From Oscillospiraceae bacterium (GTDB lineage: Bacteria; Bacillota; Clostridia; Oscillospirales; Oscillospiraceae), in NCBI GenBank assembly GCA_015068165.1, contig SVKZ01000003.1, positions 936 to 64,935 of the forward strand: DNA of 64,000 nucleotides, given 5' to 3'. Every line of letters begins with the position of its first letter. The stretch's first letter is position 1. A model generated the notes under the pieces. The model had not been told where the DNA came from. It saw only the letters and a list, made by a program, of their open reading frames with translations, and made no database searches. Below, in pieces: positions 35,999 through 45,987 of the stretch. Made by a program: the position numbers and the translations under genes.

Positions 35999-37006
35999 AT
36001 GGAATATCGTATTTTAGGAAAGACAGGCTTGCGGGTCTCCCGGATGGGCTTTGGTGGCTTGCCTATTCAAAGAGCAGACGACGAAACCTGCAAAGAAATT
36101 CTTACGCAGCTTTTGGATTTGGGTGTCAATTATATTGATACTGCCCGGGCATATACCGTAAGCGAGGAATATATCGGAAAATCCATTGCCGGTATGCGGG
36201 ACAAGTTTATCATTGCCACCAAGAGTATGGCCCGGGATAAGGAAGGTATGGCCCGGGATATTGAGATTTCTCTTAAAAATCTGCAGACCGACTATATTGA
36301 CATTTACCAGATCCACAACCCCAATGCAGAGGTCTATGAGGAGATCGTTGCCCCCGGCGGTGCACTGGAAGCACTGCTGGAAGCAAAGGCAGCGGGTAAA
36401 ATCGGACATATCGGCTTTACCAACCATTTGGCAGAAATGGTAGAGCGGGCACTGGAGGAAGATTGGGTGGAGACGGTGATGTTCCCCTACAACATCGTGG
36501 AGACCCAGGGTGAAAAGCTGATTGAAGCCTGCCGGGAGAAAAATGTGGGCTTTATTGCGATGAAGCCTTTGGCCGGCGGCGCGATTGAGGACGGAGATAT
36601 TGCCCTGCGGTTTATTGCCCAAAACAAAAATGTGGATTTGCTGATTCCCGGTATGGATTACCCCGAGCAGGTGCGGAAAAATTACGATGCCATTGTGGAT
36701 TCTGCGCCTCTGACGGAAGAGGAACAGGCAAAAATTGCGGCAATCCGCAAGGAGTTGGGAACAAATTTCTGCCGGAGATGCAATTATTGTGCGCCTTGCA
36801 CAGTGGGCATTAAAATTCCCACCATTTTTCTTTTTGATGCTTATCTGACCCGATATGGACTGCCGGATTGGGCAAAAAGCAGATATGCGGCGCTGGACAA
36901 GCACGCTTCCGATTGCATCGTCTGCGGCGCTTGCGAAAAGCGCTGCCCCTATCAGCTGCCTATTCGGGATATGCTGCTGAAGGTAGCGGAAAGGTTTGAA
37001 AAATAA
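35999..37006 (+). CDS. Aldo/keto reductase with C-terminal 4Fe-4S dicluster
   Basis: IDTARAY, DIYQIH, AMKPLAGG; CRRCNYCAPC and CIVCGACEKRCP. Confidence 0.92.
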   Translation: MEYRILGKTGLRVSRMGFGGLPIQRADDETCKEILTQLLDLGVNYIDTARAYTVSEEYIGKSIAGMRDKFIIATKSMARDKEGMARDIEISLKNLQTDYIDIYQIHNPNAEVYEEIVAPGGALEALLEAKAAGKIGHIGFTNHLAEMVERALEEDWVETVMFPYNIVETQGEKLIEACREKNVGFIAMKPLAGGAIEDGDIALRFIAQNKNVDLLIPGMDYPEQVRKNYDAIVDSAPLTEEEQAKIAAIRKELGTNFCRRCNYCAPCTVGIKIPTIFLFDAYLTRYGLPDWAKSRYAALDKHASDCIVCGACEKRCPYQLPIRDMLLKVAERFEK

Positions 37007-38349
37007 TGAAAATTCTGATACTTAACGGGAGCCCCAAGGGAAAATACAGCATTACGCTGCAAACAACCCGGTATTTGGAAAAGCTTTACCCCCAGCAAAG
37101 CTTTGAAGTGCTGAATGTGGGACAAAAGACAAAGAGCCTTGAAAAGGATTTTGGTCCTGCCCGGGAAGCGATCGAAAAAGCAGATGTATTGCTGTTTTCT
37201 TACCCGGTATATACCTTTATTGCCCCTTATCAGCTGCACAGGTTTATAGAATTGCTGAAAAGGGAAAATATGGATCTTAGCGGCAAGTTTGCCACCCAGA
37301 TTACCACCTCCAAGCATTTCTACGATGTAACTGCCCACCGCTATGTGCAGGATAACTGCGCCGATTTGGGACTGCGCTATATCCGCGGTTTATCGGCGGA
37401 TATGGACGATTTATTGACCGATAAAGGCCAAAAAGAAGCCCGGGATTTCTTCGATTTTCTCTGCTGGAGCGTGGAAAACGGGAAATTTGAAAATCCCTCT
37501 GCGACATTGGGAACATTTGCGAAAAAACCGGTATCTCCGGCAGAAAGCACCGGGGAGAAGACCGGCGATGTGGTGATTTTGGCAGATTTGGGAGAAAAAG
37601 ACACCCAGCTTGCGGCAATGATTGCCCGTTTTCAGGCGAAATTCCCGAAAAAAACACGCATTATTAACCTCCGGGAGTACCCCTTTAATGGCGGCTGCCT
37701 GGGGTGCTTCAGCTGTGCGGTTTCCGGCAAGTGCGTCCATAAGGATGGCTTTGACGAATACCTGCGCAAAGAAATTCAGACAGCGGAGTCCATCGTCTAT
37801 GCCTTTGCCATCCGGGATCACTCTATGGGCGCGCTGTTTAAGATGTATGATGACCGGAATTTCTGCAACGGACATAGAACGGTTACCATCGGTATGCCGG
37901 TGGGCTACTTGATTAGCGGTGATTTAAGCAAGGAGTTCAACTTGCAGACTATTATAGAAGCCCGGGCCCAGGTGGGAACCAATTTCCTTGCCGGTGTGGC
38001 TACCGATGAAACAGACCCCGACGGGGAAATTGACCGTTTGGCAGAAACCCTTACTTATGCGCTGGAACACAAATATGTACCGCCCCAGAATTTCTACGGC
38101 ATTGGCGGTATGAAGATTTTCCGGGACTTGATTTGGCTGATGCAGGGTATGATGCGGGCGGACCACAAGTTCTACAAAGCCCACGGGCAGTACGATTTCC
38201 CCCAGAAAAAGCGGGGTATGATGCTGAAAATGTACTTAGTGGGTTCCCTCCTTGCCAATGAGAAGATCAAGGCAAAAATGGGCAACAAGATGAACGAGGG
38301 TATGCTGATGCCCTACGAAAAGCTCTTTAAGGAAATGGATAAGAAATAA
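37006..38349 (+). CDS. NAD(P)H-dependent flavoprotein with two flavodoxin-like domains
   Basis: LNGSPKG N-terminal FMN loop; second domain with CLGCFSC..C iron-sulfur-flavoprotein-like motif; 1-nt overlap with the AKR gene. Confidence 0.8.
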   Translation: MKILILNGSPKGKYSITLQTTRYLEKLYPQQSFEVLNVGQKTKSLEKDFGPAREAIEKADVLLFSYPVYTFIAPYQLHRFIELLKRENMDLSGKFATQITTSKHFYDVTAHRYVQDNCADLGLRYIRGLSADMDDLLTDKGQKEARDFFDFLCWSVENGKFENPSATLGTFAKKPVSPAESTGEKTGDVVILADLGEKDTQLAAMIARFQAKFPKKTRIINLREYPFNGGCLGCFSCAVSGKCVHKDGFDEYLRKEIQTAESIVYAFAIRDHSMGALFKMYDDRNFCNGHRTVTIGMPVGYLISGDLSKEFNLQTIIEARAQVGTNFLAGVATDETDPDGEIDRLAETLTYALEHKYVPPQNFYGIGGMKIFRDLIWLMQGMMRADHKFYKAHGQYDFPQKKRGMMLKMYLVGSLLANEKIKAKMGNKMNEGMLMPYEKLFKEMDKK

Positions 38350-38397
38350 GAAACTCCCCTGACAAGACAATGTCAGGGGAGTTTTTGTTAGGAAACA

Positions 38398-38589
38398 TTA
38401 TTTTCGGTAAAGGGCTTCTTCATCTACAGGAATGCTGCCGTTAGCGGCTTCATATTCCTTAACGCAAATTTGCGCAAGGTATTCCAGCTGCGCATTCAAG
38501 GAACGCTTGTTGTCTTTGGCAACATATGTGATTTTGTAAAGAAGCTCCGGGTCAAAACGGATGCCGGTTTGAATTTTATTTGTTGCCAC
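38398..38589 (-). CDS. Arc/ribbon-helix-helix DNA-binding protein (63 aa)
   Basis: GTG start with GAGGTG RBS; QTGIRF strand + RSLNAQLEY helix. Confidence 0.8.
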   Translation of the reverse strand: MATNKIQTGIRFDPELLYKITYVAKDNKRSLNAQLEYLAQICVKEYEAANGSIPVDEEALYRK

Positions 38590-38702
38590 GATAACACCTC
38601 ACTAAAATAATGATAACAGTATAGCAATATTGACATTGAAATTATACAAACAAAGTGTTATCATATAGATAAACGTATTTAGATAGCAAGGAGGTGAAGA
38701 AA

Positions 38703-38843
38703 ATGGTGGATTTGATAGAAGAAATTGCAAAAACAGATGGGGCTGGACTTTTTCCAAATGTGTGCTATAATTTGGGGGACTTTTTTGAAAAGGGGAGTGC
38801 TCTATGGGAACGGTGTTTCTTAACACCCTCACTCCGATGCTAA
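38703..38843 (+). CDS. Possible 46-aa small ORF divergent from the RHH gene
   Basis: AAGGAGGTGA RBS at 38688-38697; TTGAAA-N17-TATCAT with TGn extension at 38636-38664; product not recognised. Confidence 0.3.
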   Translation: MVDLIEEIAKTDGAGLFPNVCYNLGDFFEKGSALWERCFLTPSLRC

Positions 38844-39748
38844 TGATGTTTACCTGTATGGTCATTGGCTTCGTGTTAAACAAGAAAAAAATATGCCCGG
38901 AAAATACGGCAACGGTGCTGTCTAAGTTAGAAACCAATGTGTTGCTTCCGGCGCTGACGATCTACACATTCAGTAAGTATTGCACAGTAGAGTCTTTGTC
39001 GCAACAGTATAGGCAGATTTTGTTCTGCGCGCTTATTTTGGCGGTTGCCATTGGCCTTGCGTTTGCGTTGGCACCGCTGTTTGCGAAGAAGGGCTATAAG
39101 CGGAATATCTATCACTACGCTTTGACCTTTGGTAATTTCGGTTTTATGGGAAATGCCATTGTGCCGGCAATTTTAGGAGAGGTAGCATTGTATGATTATA
39201 TGCTTTTTACCCTGCCTCTGAATATTGCGGCCTATACTTGGGGGATTGCAGGTTTGATACCCAAAAGTGAGGGAAAGCAAAATCCGCTAAAAAGCCTGCT
39301 GAATCCGCCGATGTTTGCTGTGGCGATCGGTATGGTGTTAGGACTGACCGGTGTGTATCGGTATCTCCCTGCTTTTGTAAACAACACGCTGTCCGGACTT
39401 GGTAACTGTATGGGTCCTGTGGCTATGGTTCTTACCGGCTTTTTGATTGGACAATACCCCATTAAAAAGCTTCTTACGGATAAAAAAGTGTATGTTGCTT
39501 CTGTTTTGAGGCTGTTTGTACTGCCGGCGCTGTTTGTTTTGATTTTGAAGCTTTTGGGCGCAGATAACAGGGCGATTTCTATGTGCCTGTTTGCCTTTGG
39601 TACACCGTTGGGATTAAATACTGTGGTATTCCCGGCGGCATATGGCGGAGATCCCTCAACAGGAGTATCTATGGCAACGATCTCGCATACAGCCTGTGTA
39701 ATTACCATTCCGGTTATGTACGCACTTTTAACGACTTTTGTTATATAA
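38804..39748 (+). CDS. AEC (auxin efflux carrier) family transporter
   Basis: About 10 TM segments; FGNFGFMG motif; TGGACT-N16-TATAAT upstream. Confidence 0.88.
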   Translation: MGTVFLNTLTPMLMMFTCMVIGFVLNKKKICPENTATVLSKLETNVLLPALTIYTFSKYCTVESLSQQYRQILFCALILAVAIGLAFALAPLFAKKGYKRNIYHYALTFGNFGFMGNAIVPAILGEVALYDYMLFTLPLNIAAYTWGIAGLIPKSEGKQNPLKSLLNPPMFAVAIGMVLGLTGVYRYLPAFVNNTLSGLGNCMGPVAMVLTGFLIGQYPIKKLLTDKKVYVASVLRLFVLPALFVLILKLLGADNRAISMCLFAFGTPLGLNTVVFPAAYGGDPSTGVSMATISHTACVITIPVMYALLTTFVI

Positions 39749-39787
39749 ACTAATACAGGGATGCCAGTCTTGGCATCCCTGTATTTT

Positions 39788-42571
39788 TTAGATATCTAAG
39801 TCCATTTTTGCAATTACGGCGGCGCAGCGGGGGCAAAGACCCTCGGCGTTTGCTTCCGTGGAGTGCATCCAGCAACGGGGGCACTTTTCGCCTTGTGCTT
39901 CGCTGACACCGATGGTGAGGGCGGGGAAGTTGACACCGGTGCCAACCTCAGCGCCTTCCTCAGCACTTGCCCAGTCGCAGGCAGAAACGATGCAGATTTC
40001 AGCAAGATTCAGACCTTCACAAGCGGCCTTGATGGCATCGTCGCCGGTTTCTAAGGTAACCCGGGCTTCCAGGGCTTTGCCGATCCGCTTTTCGGCTCTT
40101 GCCTTTTCCAGAACGCCGTTGACATCCTGGCGGAGCTTCATAACGGTTTCCCACTTTGCCATAGCGGCCTCGTCCAGGGCGTAAGAAGCAAAATCAGCAG
40201 GCATTTGGTTTAGCAGAACATTGCGGGCATCATCGCCATCCTTATGGGGCATTGCCTGCCAAATTTCGTCGCAGGTGTAAGCCAAAATGGGAGCGAACAG
40301 CTTGGCAAGGGCATCCACAATGAGGTAGAGGGCGGTCTGTGCGCTGCGGCGGCGCAGGCCGTCCTTTTCTTCACAGTACAGACGGTCCTTCAAAATATCC
40401 AAATAGAAGGAGGACAGCTCAACCACGCAGAAGTCGTTAATATCGTGGGTAATGGCGTGGAATTCGTAGCCGTCATATGCCTTACGGCAGTCCTTGACCA
40501 GAGCATCCAGCTTGGTCAGCGCCCACTTGTCCAGCTCTTCCATATCCGCGGGAGCTACCAGGTTATTGGGATCGAAGCCCTCCAGGTTGCCTAAGCAGTA
40601 CCGGGCGGTATTACGGAACTTCAGGTAGTTCTGGGCGATCTGCTTGAAGATCTCCTTGGAGCAGCGCACGTCTGCGTGGTAATCGGAGGAAGCCGCCCAC
40701 AAACGGACAATATCCGCACCGAAATCCTTGATAAGGTCAGCGGGGTCAACGCCGTTACCGAGAGATTTGTGCATTGCGCGACCCTGGCCGTCAACAACCC
40801 AGCCGTGGGTCAGAACCTGCTTGAAGGGAGCGCCCTGATCCAGCGCGCCAACGGAGGTGAGCAAGCTGGACTGGAACCAGCCACGGTACTGGTCTGCGCC
40901 CTCCAGATAGACATCGGCCGGCCACAGCTCGGGGGTGCGGTGCATCAGGGAAGAGAAGTGGGTAGAGCCGGAGTCAAACCAGCAGTCTAAGGTGTCGGTT
41001 TCCTTATCGAAATCCTTGCCGCCGCAGTGGGGGCAGGTGAAGCCCTCGGGAACAAGCTCCATAGCATCTTTCTCAAACCAAACATTGGAGCCATATTCGT
41101 CAAACAGTGCAGAAATTTTGGCAATGGAGTCGGGGGTGGAAACGGGCTTGCCGCAGTCCTTACAGTAGAACACAGGGATGGGCAAACCCCAGCGGCGCTG
41201 ACGGGAAATACACCAGTCGGCACGCTCCCGAATCATCGAAATCATACGGTCCTCGCCCCAGGCGGGATACCACTGGACATTTTCAATGGCCTTTACTGCC
41301 TGATCCTTGAAGGATTCCACAGAGCAGAACCACTGGGGGGTTGCCCGGAAGATAACGGGCTTCTTGCAGCGGTCGTGGTGGGGGTAGGAGTGGATAATCT
41401 CCTCGGAAGCGAACAGCGCACCGCTCTCCTTCATATCGGCAAGGATAATGGGGTTAGACTCCTCGGTCTTGAGGCCTGCGTACTTACCGGCATAATCGGT
41501 GTGGCGGCCGTAGTCGTCCACAGGAACAATCAGCTCCATACCGTAACGCATACAGGTTTGATAGTCGTCTGCACCGAAGCCGGGGGCAGTGTGAACACAG
41601 CCGGTACCGGAATCCATCGTAACATACTCGGCCCAAACAAGGCGGCTGGTCTTGGGGAGGAAAGGATGCTGTGCCAGCATATTTTCAAAGAATGCACCGG
41701 GATAGGTGGCGATGACCTCATAGTTTTCAAAGCCGCCCATCTTCATCGTCTTTTCTGTCAATGCTTCTGCCATAATGTAGGTTTCGCCGTTATCGGCTTT
41801 CACCAGCACATAGCTATCCCGGGGGTGGAGGCAGATTGCCATATTGCCGGGAAGCGTCCAGATGGTGGTGGTCCAAATGACAAAGTAGGCATTCTCCACA
41901 CCGGGGAGCTTGCCCAAATCGTCCTTCAGGGCAAACTTTACATATACAGAGGTACAGGGGTCATCCTTATACTCAATGTCCGCTTCGGCAACGGCTGTAG
42001 CGCAGAAGGGACACCAGGTAACGGGCTTGAGACCCTTGTAAATAAAGCCCTTGTCGAACATCCGGCCAAAGACCTTGACCTCCTGGGCTTCAAAATGCTT
42101 GTCCATCGTGCGGTAGGGGTTTTCCCAATCACCCACAACACCCAAACGCTTGAAGCCGCCCATCTGCTTCTGAATAAAGTCCTCGGCAAAGTCCTCACAG
42201 GCCTTGCGGAATTCAGGAACGGACATATCCTTGTTGAGCTTCTTCTTGGAGTTTTCGATGGCGCGCTCAATGGGAAGACCGTGGTTATCCCAGCCGGGGA
42301 CATAGGGGGTGTAGAAGCCCATCATTGCGTGGCTGCGGACAATAAAGTCCTTCAGGCACTTATTAAGGGCGTGGCCCATATGGATATAGCCGTTACTAAA
42401 GGGAGGGCCGTCGTGGAGAATGAAGGGGGGCAGATCCTTGTTTTTCTCTAACATTGCGTTATAAAGGTCGCTCTCCTCCCAGCGCTGGAGCATTGCAGGC
42501 TCTCTCTGGGGCAGACCCGCTTTCATAGGAAAGTCGGTTTTCGGGGTGATGATCGTGTTTTTGTATTCCAT
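39788..42571 (-). CDS. ileS: Isoleucine-tRNA ligase (type 1, C-terminal Zn finger)
   Basis: KTDFPMKA, HMGH, PGWDNHGLPIE, WCISRQRRWG, EGADQYRGWF, CPRCW. Confidence 0.97.
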   Translation of the reverse strand: MEYKNTIITPKTDFPMKAGLPQREPAMLQRWEESDLYNAMLEKNKDLPPFILHDGPPFSNGYIHMGHALNKCLKDFIVRSHAMMGFYTPYVPGWDNHGLPIERAIENSKKKLNKDMSVPEFRKACEDFAEDFIQKQMGGFKRLGVVGDWENPYRTMDKHFEAQEVKVFGRMFDKGFIYKGLKPVTWCPFCATAVAEADIEYKDDPCTSVYVKFALKDDLGKLPGVENAYFVIWTTTIWTLPGNMAICLHPRDSYVLVKADNGETYIMAEALTEKTMKMGGFENYEVIATYPGAFFENMLAQHPFLPKTSRLVWAEYVTMDSGTGCVHTAPGFGADDYQTCMRYGMELIVPVDDYGRHTDYAGKYAGLKTEESNPIILADMKESGALFASEEIIHSYPHHDRCKKPVIFRATPQWFCSVESFKDQAVKAIENVQWYPAWGEDRMISMIRERADWCISRQRRWGLPIPVFYCKDCGKPVSTPDSIAKISALFDEYGSNVWFEKDAMELVPEGFTCPHCGGKDFDKETDTLDCWFDSGSTHFSSLMHRTPELWPADVYLEGADQYRGWFQSSLLTSVGALDQGAPFKQVLTHGWVVDGQGRAMHKSLGNGVDPADLIKDFGADIVRLWAASSDYHADVRCSKEIFKQIAQNYLKFRNTARYCLGNLEGFDPNNLVAPADMEELDKWALTKLDALVKDCRKAYDGYEFHAITHDINDFCVVELSSFYLDILKDRLYCEEKDGLRRRSAQTALYLIVDALAKLFAPILAYTCDEIWQAMPHKDGDDARNVLLNQMPADFASYALDEAAMAKWETVMKLRQDVNGVLEKARAEKRIGKALEARVTLETGDDAIKAACEGLNLAEICIVSACDWASAEEGAEVGTGVNFPALTIGVSEAQGEKCPRCWMHSTEANAEGLCPRCAAVIAKMDLDI

Positions 42572-42594
42572 TGTATTAACCTCCATTATATATT

Positions 42595-42840
42595 CAAAAT
42601 AAAAATGCCTTTGTCTCCCAATAAGAGACAAAGGCATAATAACCTCTGCGGTACCACTCTTGTTCCGGTTTCCCGGCGCTCGTGTGCACTTTATCGGGTG
42701 CAACCGGCATAGCCTACTGTCTGAAGATTTCGGTATGCTGCTCAAAGGGGATATGTTCACCGAGCTGTTACTGCCTTGCACCAAACGGCAGTTCTCTGAA
42801 AACAGGGGAGCGGGAACACCTGTCCTTATCTACGCATTGC
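42595..42840 (-). promoter_or_regulatory. T-box riboswitch (Ile)
   Basis: T-box AGAGTGGTACCGC (42648-42660); ATC specifier at 42726-42728; terminator ATGCCTTTGTCTC/GAGACAAAGGCAT 42605-42637. Confidence 0.88.
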
Positions 42841-42843
42841 ATA

Positions 42844-43443
42844 TTATCGTTTTTTGCCTGTATCGTAATTTCTGCCAAACTGCAGATTGGCAAACATATC
42901 CGCACTGGGATCATTTTTCAGAGGCGGAATTGTTTTTTGGGGAGCGGGCTTTTCAGGTTCTGCCTTTTCGGGCGCGGGTGCTTCCGGGAGAGGATTTATG
43001 GGCTTATGGGTCTCCCGGATTTGGGCGAGAAGCTGTAAACAGCTCTCTAACTGACCGTACAGATCACCAATCTGCCGGGCGGCTACCTGACGGGCACTTT
43101 CAACCCGGGCTTCCTCCAAGGCAATTTTGGCATCTGCTTCAATGGCGGCGGCCTCTGCGTCCCGAATCATACCGGCGCACTGCACCTTGGTGTCGGCGAC
43201 CATCTGCTCGCAGGAGTTTTTGGTGTCGATCACTGCCTGTTTCATACTCTCTTCCGCGTTGCGGTACTCCTCTAACTTGGAAACGATTACCCGCATCTTG
43301 GTTTTTAGAGAGATGTTTTCGTTATAAAGGTTCTCATAGTCGGCGGTCAGCTGGCCGAAAACGCTATCCACGTCTTCCGTATTGTAGCCACCGCCGAATT
43401 TCTTGCCGAAATTGACAGCGGCAAGCTGTTCAGGTGTGTACAT
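42844..43443 (-). CDS. divIVA: DivIVA domain cell-division protein
   Basis: FGKKFGGGYNTEDVD N-terminal domain followed by coiled coil; position upstream of ileS. Confidence 0.85.
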   Translation of the reverse strand: MYTPEQLAAVNFGKKFGGGYNTEDVDSVFGQLTADYENLYNENISLKTKMRVIVSKLEEYRNAEESMKQAVIDTKNSCEQMVADTKVQCAGMIRDAEAAAIEADAKIALEEARVESARQVAARQIGDLYGQLESCLQLLAQIRETHKPINPLPEAPAPEKAEPEKPAPQKTIPPLKNDPSADMFANLQFGRNYDTGKKR

Positions 43444-43458
43444 AGGGTAACCTCTCTA

Positions 43459-43971
43459 TCAGGTGTAGTTCTCCAGATCTACATTCTCCAGATCGCCCAC
43501 AACATCCATATTGTGGGGGCAGAACAGGTAAGTAGCCTGAGCAATTTTCTTGACACTGCCGTCCAGCGCGTAAACACTGCCGGACAGGAAATCCACAACC
43601 CGGCGGGTCAGGGACTTGTCCACATTTTCCATATTGAGGATGATGGCTTTTCTTCTGCGAAGCTCATCGGCGGCCTTGGCGGCGTCATCGAAGGTCTTGG
43701 CATGGAAAAGAACAACTTCCTGTTTGCCGGAGCCCATACTCAGCACCTGACCGTTAAAACCGCGGCGGCTGTCGGGTTCGGAAGAAGCAGGGGTATAGGC
43801 AGGGGCGGCAGGCTCCTGACGGGTTTCAGCAAAGGGAGAGCTGCGGCGAGGGCGGGGTGCGGGGGCTTCCTGCTCTTCTTCGTAGTCGCCCATTTCTTCG
43901 TCGTATTCTTCGTCGTACTCTTCGTCGGAGTAGGGCTGGGTAAATTTCTTCACATTATCCCAAAAACTCAT
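43459..43971 (-). CDS. sepF: Cell division protein SepF
   Basis: IILNMENV..RRVVDFLSGSVYALDG..YLFCP. Confidence 0.93.
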   Translation of the reverse strand: MSFWDNVKKFTQPYSDEEYDEEYDEEMGDYEEEQEAPAPRPRRSSPFAETRQEPAAPAYTPASSEPDSRRGFNGQVLSMGSGKQEVVLFHAKTFDDAAKAADELRRRKAIILNMENVDKSLTRRVVDFLSGSVYALDGSVKKIAQATYLFCPHNMDVVGDLENVDLENYT

Positions 43972-43996
43972 ATGTCGCATCCTCCAAAATCTATTT

Positions 43997-44710
43997 CTAT
44001 CCTTGTGGTTGTTTTGCTGCGTAGTTTCTGGCACCAAAAATATCGGTACCGATGCGCACCATCGTACTGCCACAGGCGATAGCTTCCCGGTAATCGGCGC
44101 TCATACCCATAGACAGGACAGTACTGCATACATTATCGTATTTTTTTGCCGTTATGTCAACAGAAAGCTGATACATTTTTTGAAAAAATTTGTCATTATC
44201 CCCCGGATTTTGGCAAATTGGGGGGATTGCCATCAGTCCACGGATGAAAATTCCCGGAAAATGGGTTGCGGTATCAAGAATTGTAAAAAGTTCTTCCGGG
44301 GTGAAACCGGACTTGCTTTCTTCGTCTCCAATGTTAATCTCCAACAAAATATCTTGCTGGATACCTTGCCGGAGGGCTTCTTTGTTGACCGCCTCCAGGA
44401 GGTGCAGGGAGTCAATGCTGTGGATAAGAGAGACTTTACCCACTACCTGTTTTACTTTATTGGTCTGCAAGTGCCCGATAAAGTGAATATCTGCTCCTTC
44501 ATAGGCGTTTTCCGATAGCTTTTGCGTCAGCTCCTGCACCCGGTTTTCTCCGCAGCAGGTAACCCCGGCGGCAATGGCCTCCCGGATGGCAGGGGTGCCG
44601 TTCATTTTAGTTGCGGCGCAAAGGCGAATAGAGGCCGGGTCTCTGCCGGCGGCAATGGCGGCTTTGCGTATTTCTTCGCGGATACGAATAACATTTTCTG
44701 TAATGGACAT
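43997..44710 (-). CDS. yggS: PLP homeostasis protein (YggS family)
   Basis: AATK, GENRVQE, HFIGHLQTNK, GLMAIP, LSMGMSADY, GSTMVRIG. Confidence 0.95.
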   Translation of the reverse strand: MSITENVIRIREEIRKAAIAAGRDPASIRLCAATKMNGTPAIREAIAAGVTCCGENRVQELTQKLSENAYEGADIHFIGHLQTNKVKQVVGKVSLIHSIDSLHLLEAVNKEALRQGIQQDILLEINIGDEESKSGFTPEELFTILDTATHFPGIFIRGLMAIPPICQNPGDNDKFFQKMYQLSVDITAKKYDNVCSTVLSMGMSADYREAIACGSTMVRIGTDIFGARNYAAKQPQG

Positions 44711-44768
44711 AAGCGACCCTCTTTCTTATAAGAAACAGGCGGCGAAGCATTGCTCCGCCGCCTGTTTG

Positions 44769-44999
44769 CTATGCACTCAGTGCTGTGGCTTTCAGAGGCC
44801 GGATAGGGACAAGGGTGGAGATGGCGTGCTTGTAGATCATCTGCTGCTTGCCTTCACTGACCAGCACCACCACAAAGCTGTCGTAGCCGGTGATGATGCC
44901 CCGGAGCTGGAAGCCGTTCATTAGAAAGAGAGTTACTGGCACTTTTTCCCGGCGAACCTCACTTAAAACGGCATCCTGTAAATTGATTGCGTCAGACAT
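44769..44999 (-). CDS. hfq: RNA chaperone Hfq
   Basis: [24 protein letters not shown]. Confidence 0.96.
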   Translation of the reverse strand: MSDAINLQDAVLSEVRREKVPVTLFLMNGFQLRGIITGYDSFVVVLVSEGKQQMIYKHAISTLVPIRPLKATALSA

Positions 45000-45046
45000 A
45001 TGTATTCCTTCCTTCTTTCTTTGGGATACATCTATCTTAGCATTAT

Positions 45047-45982
45047 TTATTTGTCAAATTCCCGAAGATACTGTCGGGCGCGGGAAAGAATTTCCCCGGT
45101 GGTTTCTCCGGCTGTCCGCCGGAGCCAATGGATGTTTTCGTTCCGGCGGAACCAAGTAAGCTGGCGCTTAGCATAGTGCCGGGAGGCTTTTTTTACCTCT
45201 TCAGCGGCTTCTTCAACGGAGATTTCTCCGGAGAGAGCCTGCAAAAATTCTTTGTAGCCGATGGCCTGCATAGCGGTAGATTTTGCAGGGATACCTTGTG
45301 CTAAAAGGCTTTTAATCTCCTCTAATAGACCTATTTGAAGCATCAAATCCACCCGGCTGTCAATCCGGTCGTAAAGATCCTGACGGTTTTCGTCCTCTAA
45401 GGCAAACCAAACGGGGTTATAGCGGGGCGGGAGTTGCTTTGTTTTTTCATTATGGGCGGTGATGGTTTCGCCGGTCTCCAAGTAGACCTCCAGCGCACGG
45501 ATAATTCGCTTTCGGTCGCTGGGGTGCAGCCGTGCGGCAGAATCGGGGTCTACCGCCTGTAGTTTACATAAAACTGCTTCGATGCCTTCCCGTTCTGCCA
45601 AAGCTTCCAGTTTTTCCCGCCGTCCGGTAGAGGGGAAGGGGGCAAAAGCGTTGCCACGAATTAGGGCATCCATATAAAGACCTGTGCCGCCCACAATAAT
45701 GGCGGTTTTTCCCCGGGCAAGAATATTATCCACAATGGGAGAAGCCATATTGCAGTAGCGGCTGACGGAAAAATCCTCCGTAGGGTCAGCCACATCCAGC
45801 ATATAGTGGGGGATGCCCCGGCGTTCCTCTAAGGTAGGCTTGGCGGTGCCGATATCCATACCCCGATAGATCTGCATAGAGTCGCAGGAGACGATTTCAC
45901 CGCCTAATTCCTCGGCTAAAGCGATAGACAGGGCGGTTTTACCGGAAGCGGTGGGACCGGAAATGCAAATAATCTTGTCCAT
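45047..45982 (-). CDS. miaA: tRNA dimethylallyltransferase
   Basis: [40 protein letters not shown]. Confidence 0.97.
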   Translation of the reverse strand: MDKIICISGPTASGKTALSIALAEELGGEIVSCDSMQIYRGMDIGTAKPTLEERRGIPHYMLDVADPTEDFSVSRYCNMASPIVDNILARGKTAIIVGGTGLYMDALIRGNAFAPFPSTGRREKLEALAEREGIEAVLCKLQAVDPDSAARLHPSDRKRIIRALEVYLETGETITAHNEKTKQLPPRYNPVWFALEDENRQDLYDRIDSRVDLMLQIGLLEEIKSLLAQGIPAKSTAMQAIGYKEFLQALSGEISVEEAAEEVKKASRHYAKRQLTWFRRNENIHWLRRTAGETTGEILSRARQYLREFDK

Positions 45983-45987
45983 AGGCG

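Noticed and set aside
41027-42451. 474-aa plus-strand ORF (and 42660..43415)
   Set aside because: Antisense to ileS, its T-box leader and divIVA.
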